DNA of 64,000 nucleotides, from contig JBBQRQ010000002.1 of NCBI GenBank assembly GCA_038214755.1, forward strand, positions 32,001 through 96,000. The letters are read 5' to 3'. The stretch is from Verrucomicrobiota bacterium (lineage in GTDB: Bacteria > Verrucomicrobiota > Verrucomicrobiia > Limisphaerales > CANJXF01). Below are positions 9,746 to 19,545 of the stretch, piece by piece. The notes beneath the pieces were generated by a model, which was not told the DNA's origin, made no database searches, and saw nothing but the letters and a program-made list of their open reading frames with translations. Numbering within the stretch: the stretch's first letter is position 1; each line of letters starts with the position of its first letter. The position numbers were made by a program, and so were the translations under genes.

Positions 9746-10213
9746 GTGTTAAAACCCGTCAAAACTAAAACCTCTCGCGTCAGGGGCAGCACGTTCGCCA
9801 TCGTCGCCTCGCGTTACAACGAGCGGTATGTGGATGCGATGTTGCGCGCGGCGAGAGCGGAATTTTCCCGCGCAAAAGCGAAAGTAAAAATCATCCGTGT
9901 GCCCGGAGCGTATGAAATCCCGGTGGTCGCTGCAAAATTGGCGAGTAATCCATCTCAAGAGTTATCCGGCATTATTTGCCTCGGAGTTATTTTTCGTGGG
10001 GCGACGACTCACGCTGAACACATCGGGGAAGCGGTCAGCCACGCGTTGGCGCAAATCCAAATTGATTTTCAAATTCCCATCATCCATGGAGTCTTGCTTT
10101 TGGAAAATGAACAACAAGCCAAAGTGCGTTGCCTGACCAACACCCACAATCGCGGGACGGAGGCGGCGCAAACCGCCATGGAGATGGCGCGCGTGATGAA
10201 ATCGCTGAAATAA
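9746..10213 (+). CDS. ribH: 6,7-dimethyl-8-ribityllumazine synthase
   Basis: 'FAIVASRYN', 'VPGAYEIP', 'LGVIFRGATTH', 'PIIHGVL', 'RGTEAA'. Confidence 0.95.
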   Translation: MLKPVKTKTSRVRGSTFAIVASRYNERYVDAMLRAARAEFSRAKAKVKIIRVPGAYEIPVVAAKLASNPSQELSGIICLGVIFRGATTHAEHIGEAVSHALAQIQIDFQIPIIHGVLLLENEQQAKVRCLTNTHNRGTEAAQTAMEMARVMKSLK

Positions 10214-10424
10214 TTTCCGACGGGCAAATTCGCAAACGGCGGTCCCTTTCATATTCTGAACTAAATCGCGCGGATGGCGGCGACGGCTTGACGGAGAGAC
10301 TGTTCCTGATCGACGACAATTCCTTCAAAGCCGAGATACTTTTTTTGGAGCCGATTTGCCGTAGAATTTTACAAGCCTCCTGCTTGGTTCCCTGATGTTT
10401 TTCCGAGGCAGAACCGAGGTTGAT

Positions 10425-10625
10425 CAACAGCACGCGCACCAGAAGGGCGTCATCCATCGCGACATCAAGCCCTCGAAATTCTCGTCACGGAACAGGACGG
10501 CGCGCCGACGCCCAGAATTATTGACTTCGGCATTGCCAAAGCCACGACCGACCAGCGGCTCATGGACAAAACTCTCTTCACCGCCTTCGAACAATTCATC
10601 GGCACGCCCGCTGACATGAGCCAGG
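10425..10625 (+). pseudogene. Ser/Thr protein kinase fragment
   Basis: 'QHAHQKGVIHRDIKPS', then a frameshift into 'ILVTEQDGAPTPRIIDFGIAKATTDQRL...FIGTP'; no start and no remainder of the gene. Confidence 0.8.
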
Positions 10626-10779
10626 CATCTCCTTGACTGGATACATCACGCCCGCCTGTCCGTAGATTTAAAGGTGATGACGCGCCAGTAATGTGGCTCC
10701 AGACGTTTTATGCTTCGAAGGCCTTTGTTGCTGAAATTTCCTGCCCGGTAACAACCTGAAACATTCTAGTTGGGCTGGC

Positions 10780-13700
10780 TCACTTTTCCCTTCCAAACAA
10801 ACCACCGATATGGGGCGCCGCTGGAGTTTCCGTGGCGGTATAGGCTTGTTTGACCAGATCGGCCAGCACTTCATCACGCTGCGAGAACTGCGGAATGGAA
10901 CTGGATTTCCACGAGTAAATCCATTCGACGACACGCTGGCCGAGGGCGCGGTAACTTTCGAACTGGGTCTCGCCAAACCATTGGTCACTGGTGGATTCAT
11001 GGGGAAATTCTTCGCTGCACCTGGAATAATTGTAGATGTCTCGCGGCTCATTTCCGAGTAACGCCGGCTTGAGGTAAATGAGCGTCCCCTTTTTTCCGTC
11101 GGTGTCAGCCGAGCCATAATCAATTTCCCCGACCGCGCAATATTTGCCGATCTTTTTTCCTTCCGCATCGGCTCGGGAAAAAATTTCAAATTTGTTGATG
11201 TCGATTTTCACTCCCAGGTCCACGCGAATTTTCCGAATAGCGTTGCCCAGGTCTTCCAGACTACAACCCGAATCACAACCGGCATCGCTGACGACGATGA
11301 GCCGGCAGCGGCGCAGGACCATTTCGTATAAGCCGAGATTTTCGAAGTGGCCGCCGTCGGAAAGATAAACATACGGATTAGTGCTATCGGTCAAGCCCAG
11401 CCCTTCTTTGACCATGTAGTGAACAGGGGAATCAGGAGAGGAATCGTGAAAGGTATCGTGGCCCATGGCGCCGGGATTGCCGAGCCACCAGCCGAGGCGC
11501 ACGTTAAAAAATGTCATGAGCAACGCCACCATCGGCGAGGAGTGGTAGCCTTGATTGGGGCTGGCCGCCGCGCCCGAAATAGCGACGGCTGTGCCGAGAG
11601 AAATCCCATGTTTGGGTTGACCGCCTTTTCCGGAATTTTGCGCGTAATGTTTGGTGAAGCGATAGCCCAGCCGAAAGTTGCCGCAATGAAGTGTGCTGGC
11701 CGTAAAGGTCTCTGCTTTGCGTTGTTGCCACGCGAGGTTTTCGCCGGTGACAAGGTTCAACGCCATGTTGACGATGTGCAGCGGCCGTTGCGGCAACGTG
11801 GGATTGATTGGATCACGCAGGTCTTGCATCGGCAAGTTATCGGCCGGGTCAAAGCCGGTAAAAGGATTTGGATCTCGCCTTGGATTGGACGCGCCCAGAT
11901 AAGCGCGCACGAGGCGATTGCGGTAAATGGCGTGGAGAGAGAATTTGTTGACGTTGATGAAACGCGAGAGTCCCCATCCAAAAAAAGCGCACACACCAAA
12001 GAACGCGCCGGTCAACCACCAGGGCGCATCACTCACCATCCACCAGAAATCTTCCGTCGGTTTGAGTTGGGAATAATTTTCCAAACCGGCCAGCCATGGA
12101 TTTAGTTTTTTCGCGGCTACGCTCAGGAGCAAACCTGTGGCGAGTGAAAGACTGGCGACCAGGGCCGCGAGTGAAAGTGGCGCAGCGAGCGTCAATGCCT
12201 TATCGAGGACGAAGGCGAACAGGTTGTCCTTGGCTTTCCGCTCTTTATTTGCCGCAGTGCCGGAACTGTGTCCGACGATCAACGTGAACAATCCGGTGAG
12301 ACTTCCGAGCGAGCCTAGAATTTTCGGCATGGCCAGCAATCCGGCCGCTCCAAATAAAACAAGCCCGCTAAACACGCTCCATCCGCCAATCGCGATGAGC
12401 AGCCAGGCGCCCATTCGCGCCCACCATTCCCGATCTTCGTCTGAAGTCACATCGCTGGAGACGCCGATGAAAATGGTCGCGGCGACCAGGAACAAACTGA
12501 GAAACACCGGCGCGGCGAAGCATCCGTAAAGCGCCAGACCAACGGCGGAATTGACCGTTCGGATATTCATCGCCGCGGCGCACCAAAGAAAAATTCCGCC
12601 GACTGCGCCCGTGATGATCGCGAGAAAAAACTCCAGCACCAGCGTGGACGCTTTGCCGCTGCGCCAGCGTTTCAAAAAAAATTCTGAGATGGACCAGCCG
12701 GTCAAATGCATGGCCGCGCCGATCCAACAATAATTATAAATTTTGGGAGGCGCCGCTGAAACGCCGGGCGCGGAGGGAGTGCCGGAGATGATTTCCAAAA
12801 ACCATTTTAACAAAAAATTTTCTGTGATAATGGGTTTTCCGCTCTGGGTCCACGCCCACGCGGTTGTGGCACAAATGGCTCCGCCGCACAACGGCAGGAG
12901 GCACCAGAGCAGAAAATCATTTTGATCGCGGCGAAAAAACCAGGGGCCGCCATTGGCTTTCAAGTCGTCTTGCACGGCGGGGCGGTTCATTGCGCTGTAG
13001 GCCATTCCCCCGGCGATCAGCAGAAACGCGAGTAAAAATCCGGAGGCGACGACCCAGGCTGGAGGAGCCAGGTTGAGCAGGGAAGCATGCACGCGCGGCA
13101 CGGCAAACAGCGCGAGTAAAATCGGGATGAAGACCAGCCAGTTCAACAGCAGGTTGCGCAAATAAATCGCAGCCAGCACCCAGGTATCCGCCGAGAACAA
13201 ACCAAGTTTGGGCGTGAGGTAATTGCTGTATTTGCGCAGATGGCTCACCGGCCCCGGTTCCGGTTCTGTGACGGACTCCGCTTTGCCGCCTTTGAGTTTT
13301 TCGAAAACGCTCTCCGCATTTCCAGCGTGATGAATCCACGAACTGAGCCAACTCCCGATGTAGCCGCCGCCCGAAACCGTCGAGAGATAATCAAAATGCC
13401 TCAGCACTCCGCGCCGGGCCAGTCCCTGGGTGACGCCGAGCGCAAACGTCGCGCTACGAATACCGCCGCCGGAAAAACAGAGCGCGGAACTGCCTTCGCC
13501 GGCGTGGATGCGGCGATAGATTTGATCCAGATAAATATCGGAATTTTTTTTGAGATATTCAGGAAATGCTTCCTCCAACAACAAACGGTTTAACCGCGCC
13601 ACCTCGGTTGGATCAAGGTCCAGCCCGGTCATGGCGATGGTTTCTTTTTTCAAACCGGCCCTGGGAAAATCTGCATGGCAATATAAACAGCCCGGAAAGT

Positions 13701-13962
13701 GCAGCAGTTTGTTTAGCCCATGAGCCAGTTCTTCTTTCGTGGCGCTTTCGAAGACCGCGAGAGGTTCGTCGGGCGGGAGCAGGAGTTTTATTTTTTCAAG
13801 AAGCCCGTCGGCCGGGTCCTTCAAATGGTCCGCCGCGAAATCCCAGGAGAAAACCATCCTCGCCCCGCCGTGGAGCGCGGCCTGTTCCTGCTCCAACACT
13901 TCGAAGAACGGAACAGGCAGCTTTCTCTTATAGCTGGCGGTGTGGAAAATTTTTGAGAACAC
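10780..13962 (-). CDS. membrane-embedded patatin/cPLA2-like phospholipase
   Basis: 'LCFSGGGIRSA', 'YLSTVSGGGY' nucleophile, 'DGGHFENLG'; many TM helices between the catalytic halves. Confidence 0.88.
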   Translation of the reverse strand: MFSKIFHTASYKRKLPVPFFEVLEQEQAALHGGARMVFSWDFAADHLKDPADGLLEKIKLLLPPDEPLAVFESATKEELAHGLNKLLHFPGCLYCHADFPRAGLKKETIAMTGLDLDPTEVARLNRLLLEEAFPEYLKKNSDIYLDQIYRRIHAGEGSSALCFSGGGIRSATFALGVTQGLARRGVLRHFDYLSTVSGGGYIGSWLSSWIHHAGNAESVFEKLKGGKAESVTEPEPGPVSHLRKYSNYLTPKLGLFSADTWVLAAIYLRNLLLNWLVFIPILLALFAVPRVHASLLNLAPPAWVVASGFLLAFLLIAGGMAYSAMNRPAVQDDLKANGGPWFFRRDQNDFLLWCLLPLCGGAICATTAWAWTQSGKPIITENFLLKWFLEIISGTPSAPGVSAAPPKIYNYCWIGAAMHLTGWSISEFFLKRWRSGKASTLVLEFFLAIITGAVGGIFLWCAAAMNIRTVNSAVGLALYGCFAAPVFLSLFLVAATIFIGVSSDVTSDEDREWWARMGAWLLIAIGGWSVFSGLVLFGAAGLLAMPKILGSLGSLTGLFTLIVGHSSGTAANKERKAKDNLFAFVLDKALTLAAPLSLAALVASLSLATGLLLSVAAKKLNPWLAGLENYSQLKPTEDFWWMVSDAPWWLTGAFFGVCAFFGWGLSRFINVNKFSLHAIYRNRLVRAYLGASNPRRDPNPFTGFDPADNLPMQDLRDPINPTLPQRPLHIVNMALNLVTGENLAWQQRKAETFTASTLHCGNFRLGYRFTKHYAQNSGKGGQPKHGISLGTAVAISGAAASPNQGYHSSPMVALLMTFFNVRLGWWLGNPGAMGHDTFHDSSPDSPVHYMVKEGLGLTDSTNPYVYLSDGGHFENLGLYEMVLRRCRLIVVSDAGCDSGCSLEDLGNAIRKIRVDLGVKIDINKFEIFSRADAEGKKIGKYCAVGEIDYGSADTDGKKGTLIYLKPALLGNEPRDIYNYSRCSEEFPHESTSDQWFGETQFESYRALGQRVVEWIYSWKSSSIPQFSQRDEVLADLVKQAYTATETPAAPHIGGLFGREK

Positions 13963-13982
13963 GGGCTAAAAGTTTTTCAAGA

Positions 13983-14061
13983 TTTTCGTAGCCGCTGAAG
14001 TGATGAGGCGGATTTTCGTAAAACCTCCAAATCCGCTTCCTTACGTCAGCGGCTACGAAAA
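13983..14061. repeat. GTAG-type REP doublet
   Basis: ttttcgtagccgctgaagtgatgaggcgg ... ccgcttccttacgtcagcggctacgaaaa; same family as 55422-55494. Confidence 0.8.
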
Positions 14062-14112
14062 TATTCGAGCCATCTTCACGCCAATAACCCCGTTAATTTT
14101 TTCCCAAAAAAA

Positions 14113-14197
14113 TGGTGCGCTTAGCAGGACTTGAACCTGCACGGGTTACCCCACTACCACCTCAAAGTAGCGTGTCTGCCAATTCCACCATAAGCGC
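14113..14197 (-). tRNA. tRNA-Leu(GAG)
   Basis: reverse complement GCGCTTATGGTGGAATTGGCAGACACGCTACTTTGAGGTGGTAG...GGTTCAAGTCCTGCTAAGCGCACCA; long variable arm, canonical TTC T-loop, encoded CCA. Confidence 0.97.
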
Positions 14198-14434
14198 AGC
14201 GCCGTCAATGAAGCAGCAGGATGCGGAGTCTGCAAGCGCATTTTCCACCTCGGTCCGCAACCGCGCACGGGTCGCGACCAGCCGGGTAGCATCTGCCTCC
14301 GGCGGGTGCGAAAATTTTTCAATTCGATGCTCGAAAAAACAACTCAACGTCGAACACCCAACATCGAAATGGATTTGTATTCCGGTTCTGGATTTCCAGT
14401 AGATTTCTTTTTTTGATTCCATTAAACTTTTTTT

Positions 14435-15829
14435 ATGCCAGAGAAAAGTAAGGATCAAGTTTCGCGCGCCCTGCGGGAACAATACGAAAAAGGCGTCACC
14501 AATTTTCAACGTCAGAATTTTGATTACGCCATCGCCATTTTGAATCAGGTCTTGACGCAAGAACCCGGTTTTTACGAATGCCGCCAGGCGTTGCGCGTCA
14601 CCCAATTCAAAAAGGCCGGAGCGACTTCGGGTTTTTTTAAAAAAGTTTTTAGCGGCGCAAGCTCTTCCCCGCTCGTCGCCAAAGGGCAACTCGCCTTGCG
14701 CAATAATCCGCTGCAAGCGATCACCATTGCCGAACAAATTCTCAACACCGATCCCAACAGCGGTTCGGCTCACAAGCTTATTGCTGATGCCGCGCTCGCT
14801 GCCGATTTCCCCAAGACGGCCATTTTATCTTTGGAAATTCTGGTCAAGGCCGCGCCCAAAGATCGCGCGCTGAACGAGGAATTGGCTGAGGCTTACGCGC
14901 GCTCCGGCCAAAACGCCAAAGCGCAGGCGATTTACAGCGACTTGATTCGTCTCTATCCGAACGACCCGAATCTCTTTCAGGCGTTGAAAAATATTTCCGC
15001 CCAACAAACCATGAGCGAGGGCGGTTACGAAACTCTGGCTGACGGCGGCGGCTCTTATCGCGACATTTTGAAAAACAAAGATGAAGCGGTTTCTCTCGAG
15101 CAGGAAAATCGGCAGGTGAAAACGGGGGACGTGGCGGACAAATTGATTCGCGATTATGAAACGCGCATCGAAGCCGACCCGAAAAATTTAAAGCTGCTCC
15201 GCTCGGTGGCCGAACTCTACGCGCAAAAAAAAGAATTTGATAAGGCGCTGAATTATTATCAGAAAATCGTGGCAACAGAAGGCACGACGGATTCTTCCCT
15301 GGAAAAAGCGATCATCGACACCACCATCAAAAAACTCGATCACGCGTTGTCGCAACTCGATCCGCAAACGACGGATTACGCGGAACAAACCGAGCGACTC
15401 AAAGCAGAACGCGACAAGTTTTTCCTCGAAGAATGCAAACGTCGCGCCGAAAAATATCCGAACGATTTGCAAATCCGTTTTGAGCTTGGGCAACTTTATT
15501 TCAAGACGGGAAAATTCGGCGAAGCGATTCAGGAATTGCAAAAAGCGCAGGCCAATCCGCATCGCAAGTTGGCGGCGATGGGTTTGCTCGGCCAATGTTT
15601 TTCCAAACGCGGCATGAACGACATGGCCGCCCGCAAATTGCAGGACGCGCTGAAAGAAAAACTCACCTTCGACGACGAGAAGAAGGAACTCATCTACGCG
15701 CTCGGTTCTGTCCTGGAAAAAATGGGCAAAGCCGACGAAGCGATTGAGCAATTCAAACAAATCTACGAAGTGGACATCGGCTACAAAGACGTCGCGGCGA
15801 AGGTCGATGCGTATTACGGGGGGAAATAA
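14435..15829 (+). CDS. tetratricopeptide repeat protein
   Basis: repeated helical TPR motifs ('ELGQLYFKTGKFGEAIQELQKA', 'YALGSVLEKMGKADEAIEQF'). Confidence 0.88.
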   Translation: MPEKSKDQVSRALREQYEKGVTNFQRQNFDYAIAILNQVLTQEPGFYECRQALRVTQFKKAGATSGFFKKVFSGASSSPLVAKGQLALRNNPLQAITIAEQILNTDPNSGSAHKLIADAALAADFPKTAILSLEILVKAAPKDRALNEELAEAYARSGQNAKAQAIYSDLIRLYPNDPNLFQALKNISAQQTMSEGGYETLADGGGSYRDILKNKDEAVSLEQENRQVKTGDVADKLIRDYETRIEADPKNLKLLRSVAELYAQKKEFDKALNYYQKIVATEGTTDSSLEKAIIDTTIKKLDHALSQLDPQTTDYAEQTERLKAERDKFFLEECKRRAEKYPNDLQIRFELGQLYFKTGKFGEAIQELQKAQANPHRKLAAMGLLGQCFSKRGMNDMAARKLQDALKEKLTFDDEKKELIYALGSVLEKMGKADEAIEQFKQIYEVDIGYKDVAAKVDAYYGGK

Positions 15830-15878
15830 ATCTCGATCTGGCTCGCGCGGTTTGACAGGAAGCGGTATCCCTTTTCCG

Positions 15879-16075
15879 ATGAAAAATTCATGGTTGAACG
15901 AATTGCTGGAAACGGTGGAAACGCTGGAAATTGTTTCGGACGCAAACGCGATGAAGGCCATTCAGGACGCCGAGGCTGGCCGTGGAAAAGTATATGACGT
16001 AAAGGATTTGCCGGAGTGAATTACCGGGTCAAAGTTTGGGAGCAGGTCTGGGAATTTGGTTCTTCGACATTTTCA
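15879..16075 (+). pseudogene. remnant Phd/YefM-like antitoxin C-terminus plus truncated RelE-like toxin start
   Basis: 'ETLEIVSDANAMKAIQDAEAGRGKVYDVKDL' overlapping GTG 'NYRVKVWEQVWEF'; breaks off before a REP. Confidence 0.5.
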
Positions 16076-16100
16076 GTGGAACAGAGTCCGGTTGTTCCCA

Positions 16101-16202
16101 AAAAGCGGTGGAGGGCCACCGCAGTCCAAGACGCTCTCGCGCGATTGATGCGCCATCGAAATTCGCGCGAGCGTCTTGGACTGCGGTGGCCCTCCACCGC
16201 TC
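16101..16202. repeat. REP-like long palindrome
   Basis: agcggtggagggccaccgcagtccaagacgct ... agcgtcttggactgcggtggccctccaccgct, perfect arms of about 32 bp. Confidence 0.85.
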
Positions 16203-16290
16203 TGGCCACGACGACCGCAAAGCTCCGCCGACCTAACCTTTGGATCATTGAGCAAAGGCTCGGGACTCTTTTTCAGAGGCGCACACGGAG

Positions 16291-16899
16291 ATGATTTCCG
16301 AAACGGAATTAATCAGGCGCTGCCGGCAAGGAGAGTCAGCGGCGTGGGATGAATTGTTTGATCGGCATTACGCCGCAACCGCGCGGTTTATTTTCCAGTT
16401 GTCTCCTGATGTTTCGCGCGAAGACGCCGAAGAAATTTGTCAGGAAGTTTTTTTGTCCGTCATAAAAAATCTCGCGACCTTTCATGGCGGGAGCCAATTG
16501 CAAACCTGGATTTTTCGCATCGCGTCGAACAAAACGCGGGACTTTCGCGAGAAACAGCGAGCGGCTAAAAGAGGCGGAGGCGTCGCGCCCATTTCGTTGC
16601 AGGCCGAAAATATTGAAACAGGATTAACGCTTGATCCGGCAAGTTTGTTGCCCGGCCCCGATGAAATTTTGTCGAGCGCCGAACAAGCGCGACAGGTCAC
16701 CGCCGCTCTGGAAAAGCTGGAGCAACCTTGCCACGAAATTATTCATCTGCGTTACTTCGCCGACTTGAGCTACCAGGAGATTTCCTGCGAGTTGAAGTTG
16801 AACGAAAAAACGGTCAGCTCGCGTTTGAGCAAGTGCCTTGATCAATTGGAAAAAATTCTTCTCTCCAGCGAGGAGAGGAAAACCAGTTTTCCCGTCTAA
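16291..16899 (+). CDS. ECF sigma-70 family RNA polymerase sigma factor
   Basis: region 2 'DAEEICQEVFL...TWIFRIA' and region 4 'LSYQEIS..LKLNEKTVSSRLS'. Confidence 0.92.
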   Translation: MISETELIRRCRQGESAAWDELFDRHYAATARFIFQLSPDVSREDAEEICQEVFLSVIKNLATFHGGSQLQTWIFRIASNKTRDFREKQRAAKRGGGVAPISLQAENIETGLTLDPASLLPGPDEILSSAEQARQVTAALEKLEQPCHEIIHLRYFADLSYQEISCELKLNEKTVSSRLSKCLDQLEKILLSSEERKTSFPV

Positions 16900-16905
16900 C
16901 TTGAT

Positions 16906-18009
16906 ATGCCAGAGGAGCCGAACAAAAAAATGGAGGAGTTGCTCAAGCGCCACGCGCAGGAGCTTCGCGAAAAAGCGACGGCTGATTTCGAGTTGCATCC
17001 GGCGACGCGCAGAATTTTGCAGGACGAAGCGTCGCGAGTTTATCCGAGCGAGATCGCGAAACCTTCGCGAAAAAATTTCGTTTGGTTCTGGCCGCGGCTC
17101 GCTGTCGCCGGTGTTTTTACCGCTTTGTTTGCGGTGATGTTGCTGCAATTGAACTCGCCCAGAAATCGTTCGCTCCCATCCGTTTCTTCAATGCGAAAGG
17201 CAAAGGATTTCTCCGGTGCGCCCGTACTGGAACAGCCAGGAGAAGGGCCAAAAAGGTTTTTCTCTGCGGCTGCCGATAAAGCGGAATTGTCACAGATTTC
17301 TCCCGCGACTCCTCCGTCAAGTTCTTTAGCCACGCGTCGGGAATTTGGCGCAGTCGGGGGTGTCAGCGGATTGGCCACGGAGGCGAATCAGGCGAAGCAA
17401 TCGTCGGATGATGCGAATCGCTCAATTACTGCCTCTAGCGAACTTGACACTTTGGCCGCAACCAAATCTGTCCCACGCGGAGACACAGCGGAAAATTCTT
17501 CGCTCCCAGCGCCCGCGTCCACGATAAATCCAAGGCAGGCGGCCCCGGACAAGTCTGACACCAATGCTTTGTTGCCTAATCGACGCCAATTTGTGCGCCA
17601 GGATCTGCGCGCCAGCTATCGACAAAATCTTTTGTCCCCAGCGCAACCAAAAATTCTGGAGACGTTTGAACTGGCGCAAGCGGGAAATAAAATTCAATTG
17701 ATCGACAGTGACGGTTCGGTTTACGAGGGAGAAATCGTTGACGCGAGCGCAGACGTTTCATCCGGCAGCGAGTTGAAAAGAAAGGAACCCTCGCGATTCG
17801 GCTTTCGAGTTTCTGGAAAAAACCTTCATCTCAATCAGACGGTGACTTTCAGTGGGAGGCTTGAGGAAACAACCAAGGCTTCGACGAAAGACAGATCGAA
17901 AATTTCAGAGGAATTTAAAACAGGACAAACAAATAGAACGCTTCACGGAAAGATTTCTATTGGCGGAACAAACGAGTTTGAAATCCAGGCTATCGAATTG
18001 CCGCGATGA
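16906..18009 (+). CDS. putative single-pass anti-sigma-like membrane protein
   Basis: directly downstream of the ECF gene; short cytoplasmic N-domain, one TM helix, low-complexity linker, beta-rich C-domain. Confidence 0.55.
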   Translation: MPEEPNKKMEELLKRHAQELREKATADFELHPATRRILQDEASRVYPSEIAKPSRKNFVWFWPRLAVAGVFTALFAVMLLQLNSPRNRSLPSVSSMRKAKDFSGAPVLEQPGEGPKRFFSAAADKAELSQISPATPPSSSLATRREFGAVGGVSGLATEANQAKQSSDDANRSITASSELDTLAATKSVPRGDTAENSSLPAPASTINPRQAAPDKSDTNALLPNRRQFVRQDLRASYRQNLLSPAQPKILETFELAQAGNKIQLIDSDGSVYEGEIVDASADVSSGSELKRKEPSRFGFRVSGKNLHLNQTVTFSGRLEETTKASTKDRSKISEEFKTGQTNRTLHGKISIGGTNEFEIQAIELPR

Positions 18010-18028
18010 CTTGCAGACATTCCGAGCG

Positions 18029-18105
18029 AGGTAGGGCGGGCCAGTCCTCTGCCCGCCGCTATTTTAAGGCGAGACAAGGCGGCAGAGGACTGACCCGCCC
18101 TACCT
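18029..18105. repeat. GTAG-type REP doublet
   Basis: aggtagggcgggccagtcctctgcccgcc ... ggcggcagaggactgacccgccctacct. Confidence 0.8.
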
Positions 18106-18162
18106 TTTGGTTTGCAAAAAATGGTTTGCCTCACCAGCGGTTCAGTTGGAAAATATTTTCCC

Positions 18163-18837
18163 ATGGCGAAGCTTCTAAAAATTCCGCGACGATTTCGTTT
18201 CGAGCATGGCCTGTTGCAAAATGGCATCACACAAATCGCCGGCATCGACGAAGCGGGCCGCGGGCCACTGGCCGGGCCAGTGGTGGCGGCGGCGGTTCTT
18301 CTGCCGGTGGATTGGATTCTTGGCGGCCTTCCGAAGAAGTTGAAAAAGACCAACGACTCCAAACAACTCAATCATCAGGAGCGTGAAAATCTTTTCGCCG
18401 AACTCACGGCGCATTCTGCGATTCGCTACGGCGTCGGGCATGTTGATGAACGGATGATCGATCAAATCAATATTTTGCAAGCGACCCATCGCGCCATGAA
18501 TTTCGCGCTGGCGCAACTCGATCCTTTTCCGCAGCACGCGCTGGTCGATGGCTTGCCCGTCAAAACTCTCTGTTGTCCGCAAACGGCGATTGTCGATGGC
18601 GATTGCCTCAGCTACTCCATCGCGGCGGCGAGCATCATCGCGAAAGTCACGCGCGACCGGATGATGATCGCGTATCACGAAGCTTTTCCGCTCTACGGTT
18701 TTCACGAGCACAAAGGGTATGGGACGCCGGAGCATGTCGCCGCTCTCAAACAGCACGGGCCATGTCCGATTCATCGAATGACATTTTCTCCAATTCGACC
18801 GGAGCAAACGGAATTTTACGGGCAGAACGAAATCTGA
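18163..18837 (+). CDS. rnhB: ribonuclease HII
   Basis: 'AGIDEAGRGPLAGPVVAAAV', 'NDSKQL', 'IAAASIIAKVTRD', 'HKGYGT'. Confidence 0.97.
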   Translation: MAKLLKIPRRFRFEHGLLQNGITQIAGIDEAGRGPLAGPVVAAAVLLPVDWILGGLPKKLKKTNDSKQLNHQERENLFAELTAHSAIRYGVGHVDERMIDQINILQATHRAMNFALAQLDPFPQHALVDGLPVKTLCCPQTAIVDGDCLSYSIAAASIIAKVTRDRMMIAYHEAFPLYGFHEHKGYGTPEHVAALKQHGPCPIHRMTFSPIRPEQTEFYGQNEI

Positions 18838-18850
18838 TTCGAGGGAAGGA

Positions 18851-18940
18851 GTAGTGGGGCAGTGCTTCCAGCCTGCCATCTTTAAAAATTTTTGGTCAGG
18901 TCACAAAACAAAAGTCAGGCTGGAAGCTCTGCCCCACTAC
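18851..18940. repeat. GTAG-type REP doublet
   Basis: gtagtggggcagtgcttccagcctg ... caggctggaagctctgccccactac; related to 22003-22108. Confidence 0.75.
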
Positions 18941-18948
18941 TTTCTTCC

Positions 18949-19377
18949 ATGAATTTTCTCCAACAAATGAAATCGTTGTTCGCCGGAAAAATTTTGCCGG
19001 AACATTTGCGGCGTGGCGCGCTCGGCGAAAAGGCGGCAAAAAAATATTTGCAGAAAAACGGATTGAAATTTCTTTGCGCCAATTACCGCTCCGCTCGCGG
19101 CGAAATGGATTTGGTTTTTCGCGAAGGCGATTGCCTGGTGTTCGTCGAAGTAAAAACTCGTTCCTCAGAAGGTTGGACCCGCCCCGCTGCCGCCGTGAAC
19201 GCGCGTAAGCGAAAACTTCTTTCCGGCTGCGCGCTGGATTATTTGCAACTGCTGAAAAATCCCGAGCTGAAATTGCGTTTCGACATTGTGGAAGTTTTGT
19301 TGAGCGACGGCGCGGTGCGCGAGATTCGCCATTTGCCGAATACGTTCACGCTCTCAAAACCGTATCGTTACGGATAA
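18949..19377 (+). CDS. yraN: YraN family (UPF0102) putative endonuclease
   Basis: 'GALGEKAA..YL', 'NYR...GEMDLV', 'VFVEVKTR', 'RFDIV'; usual position after rnhB. Confidence 0.92.
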   Translation: MNFLQQMKSLFAGKILPEHLRRGALGEKAAKKYLQKNGLKFLCANYRSARGEMDLVFREGDCLVFVEVKTRSSEGWTRPAAAVNARKRKLLSGCALDYLQLLKNPELKLRFDIVEVLLSDGAVREIRHLPNTFTLSKPYRYG

Positions 19378-19400
19378 AAATCTTAAAAACATCTTCACCT

Positions 19401-19487
19401 TGTAGGAGACGACGTGAGGAGTCTCTGACTAAAATTGGCCGATCCTGCGCTTCGTAAAAATCAGAGTCTTTTCACGTCGTCTCCTAC
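19401..19487. repeat. GTAG-type REP doublet
   Basis: gtaggagacgacgtgaggagtctc ... gagtcttttcacgtcgtctcctac. Confidence 0.75.
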
Positions 19488-19545
19488 GGTGAGAAATTCG
19501 GGATCGTTGAAAATAGAAATAGGCGCGGAAGAGCATGATGCTACG

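Noticed and set aside
14113..14197. tRNA-Leu as an integration site for a prophage or ICE
   Set aside because: No integrase and no duplicated tRNA 3' end were found in the window
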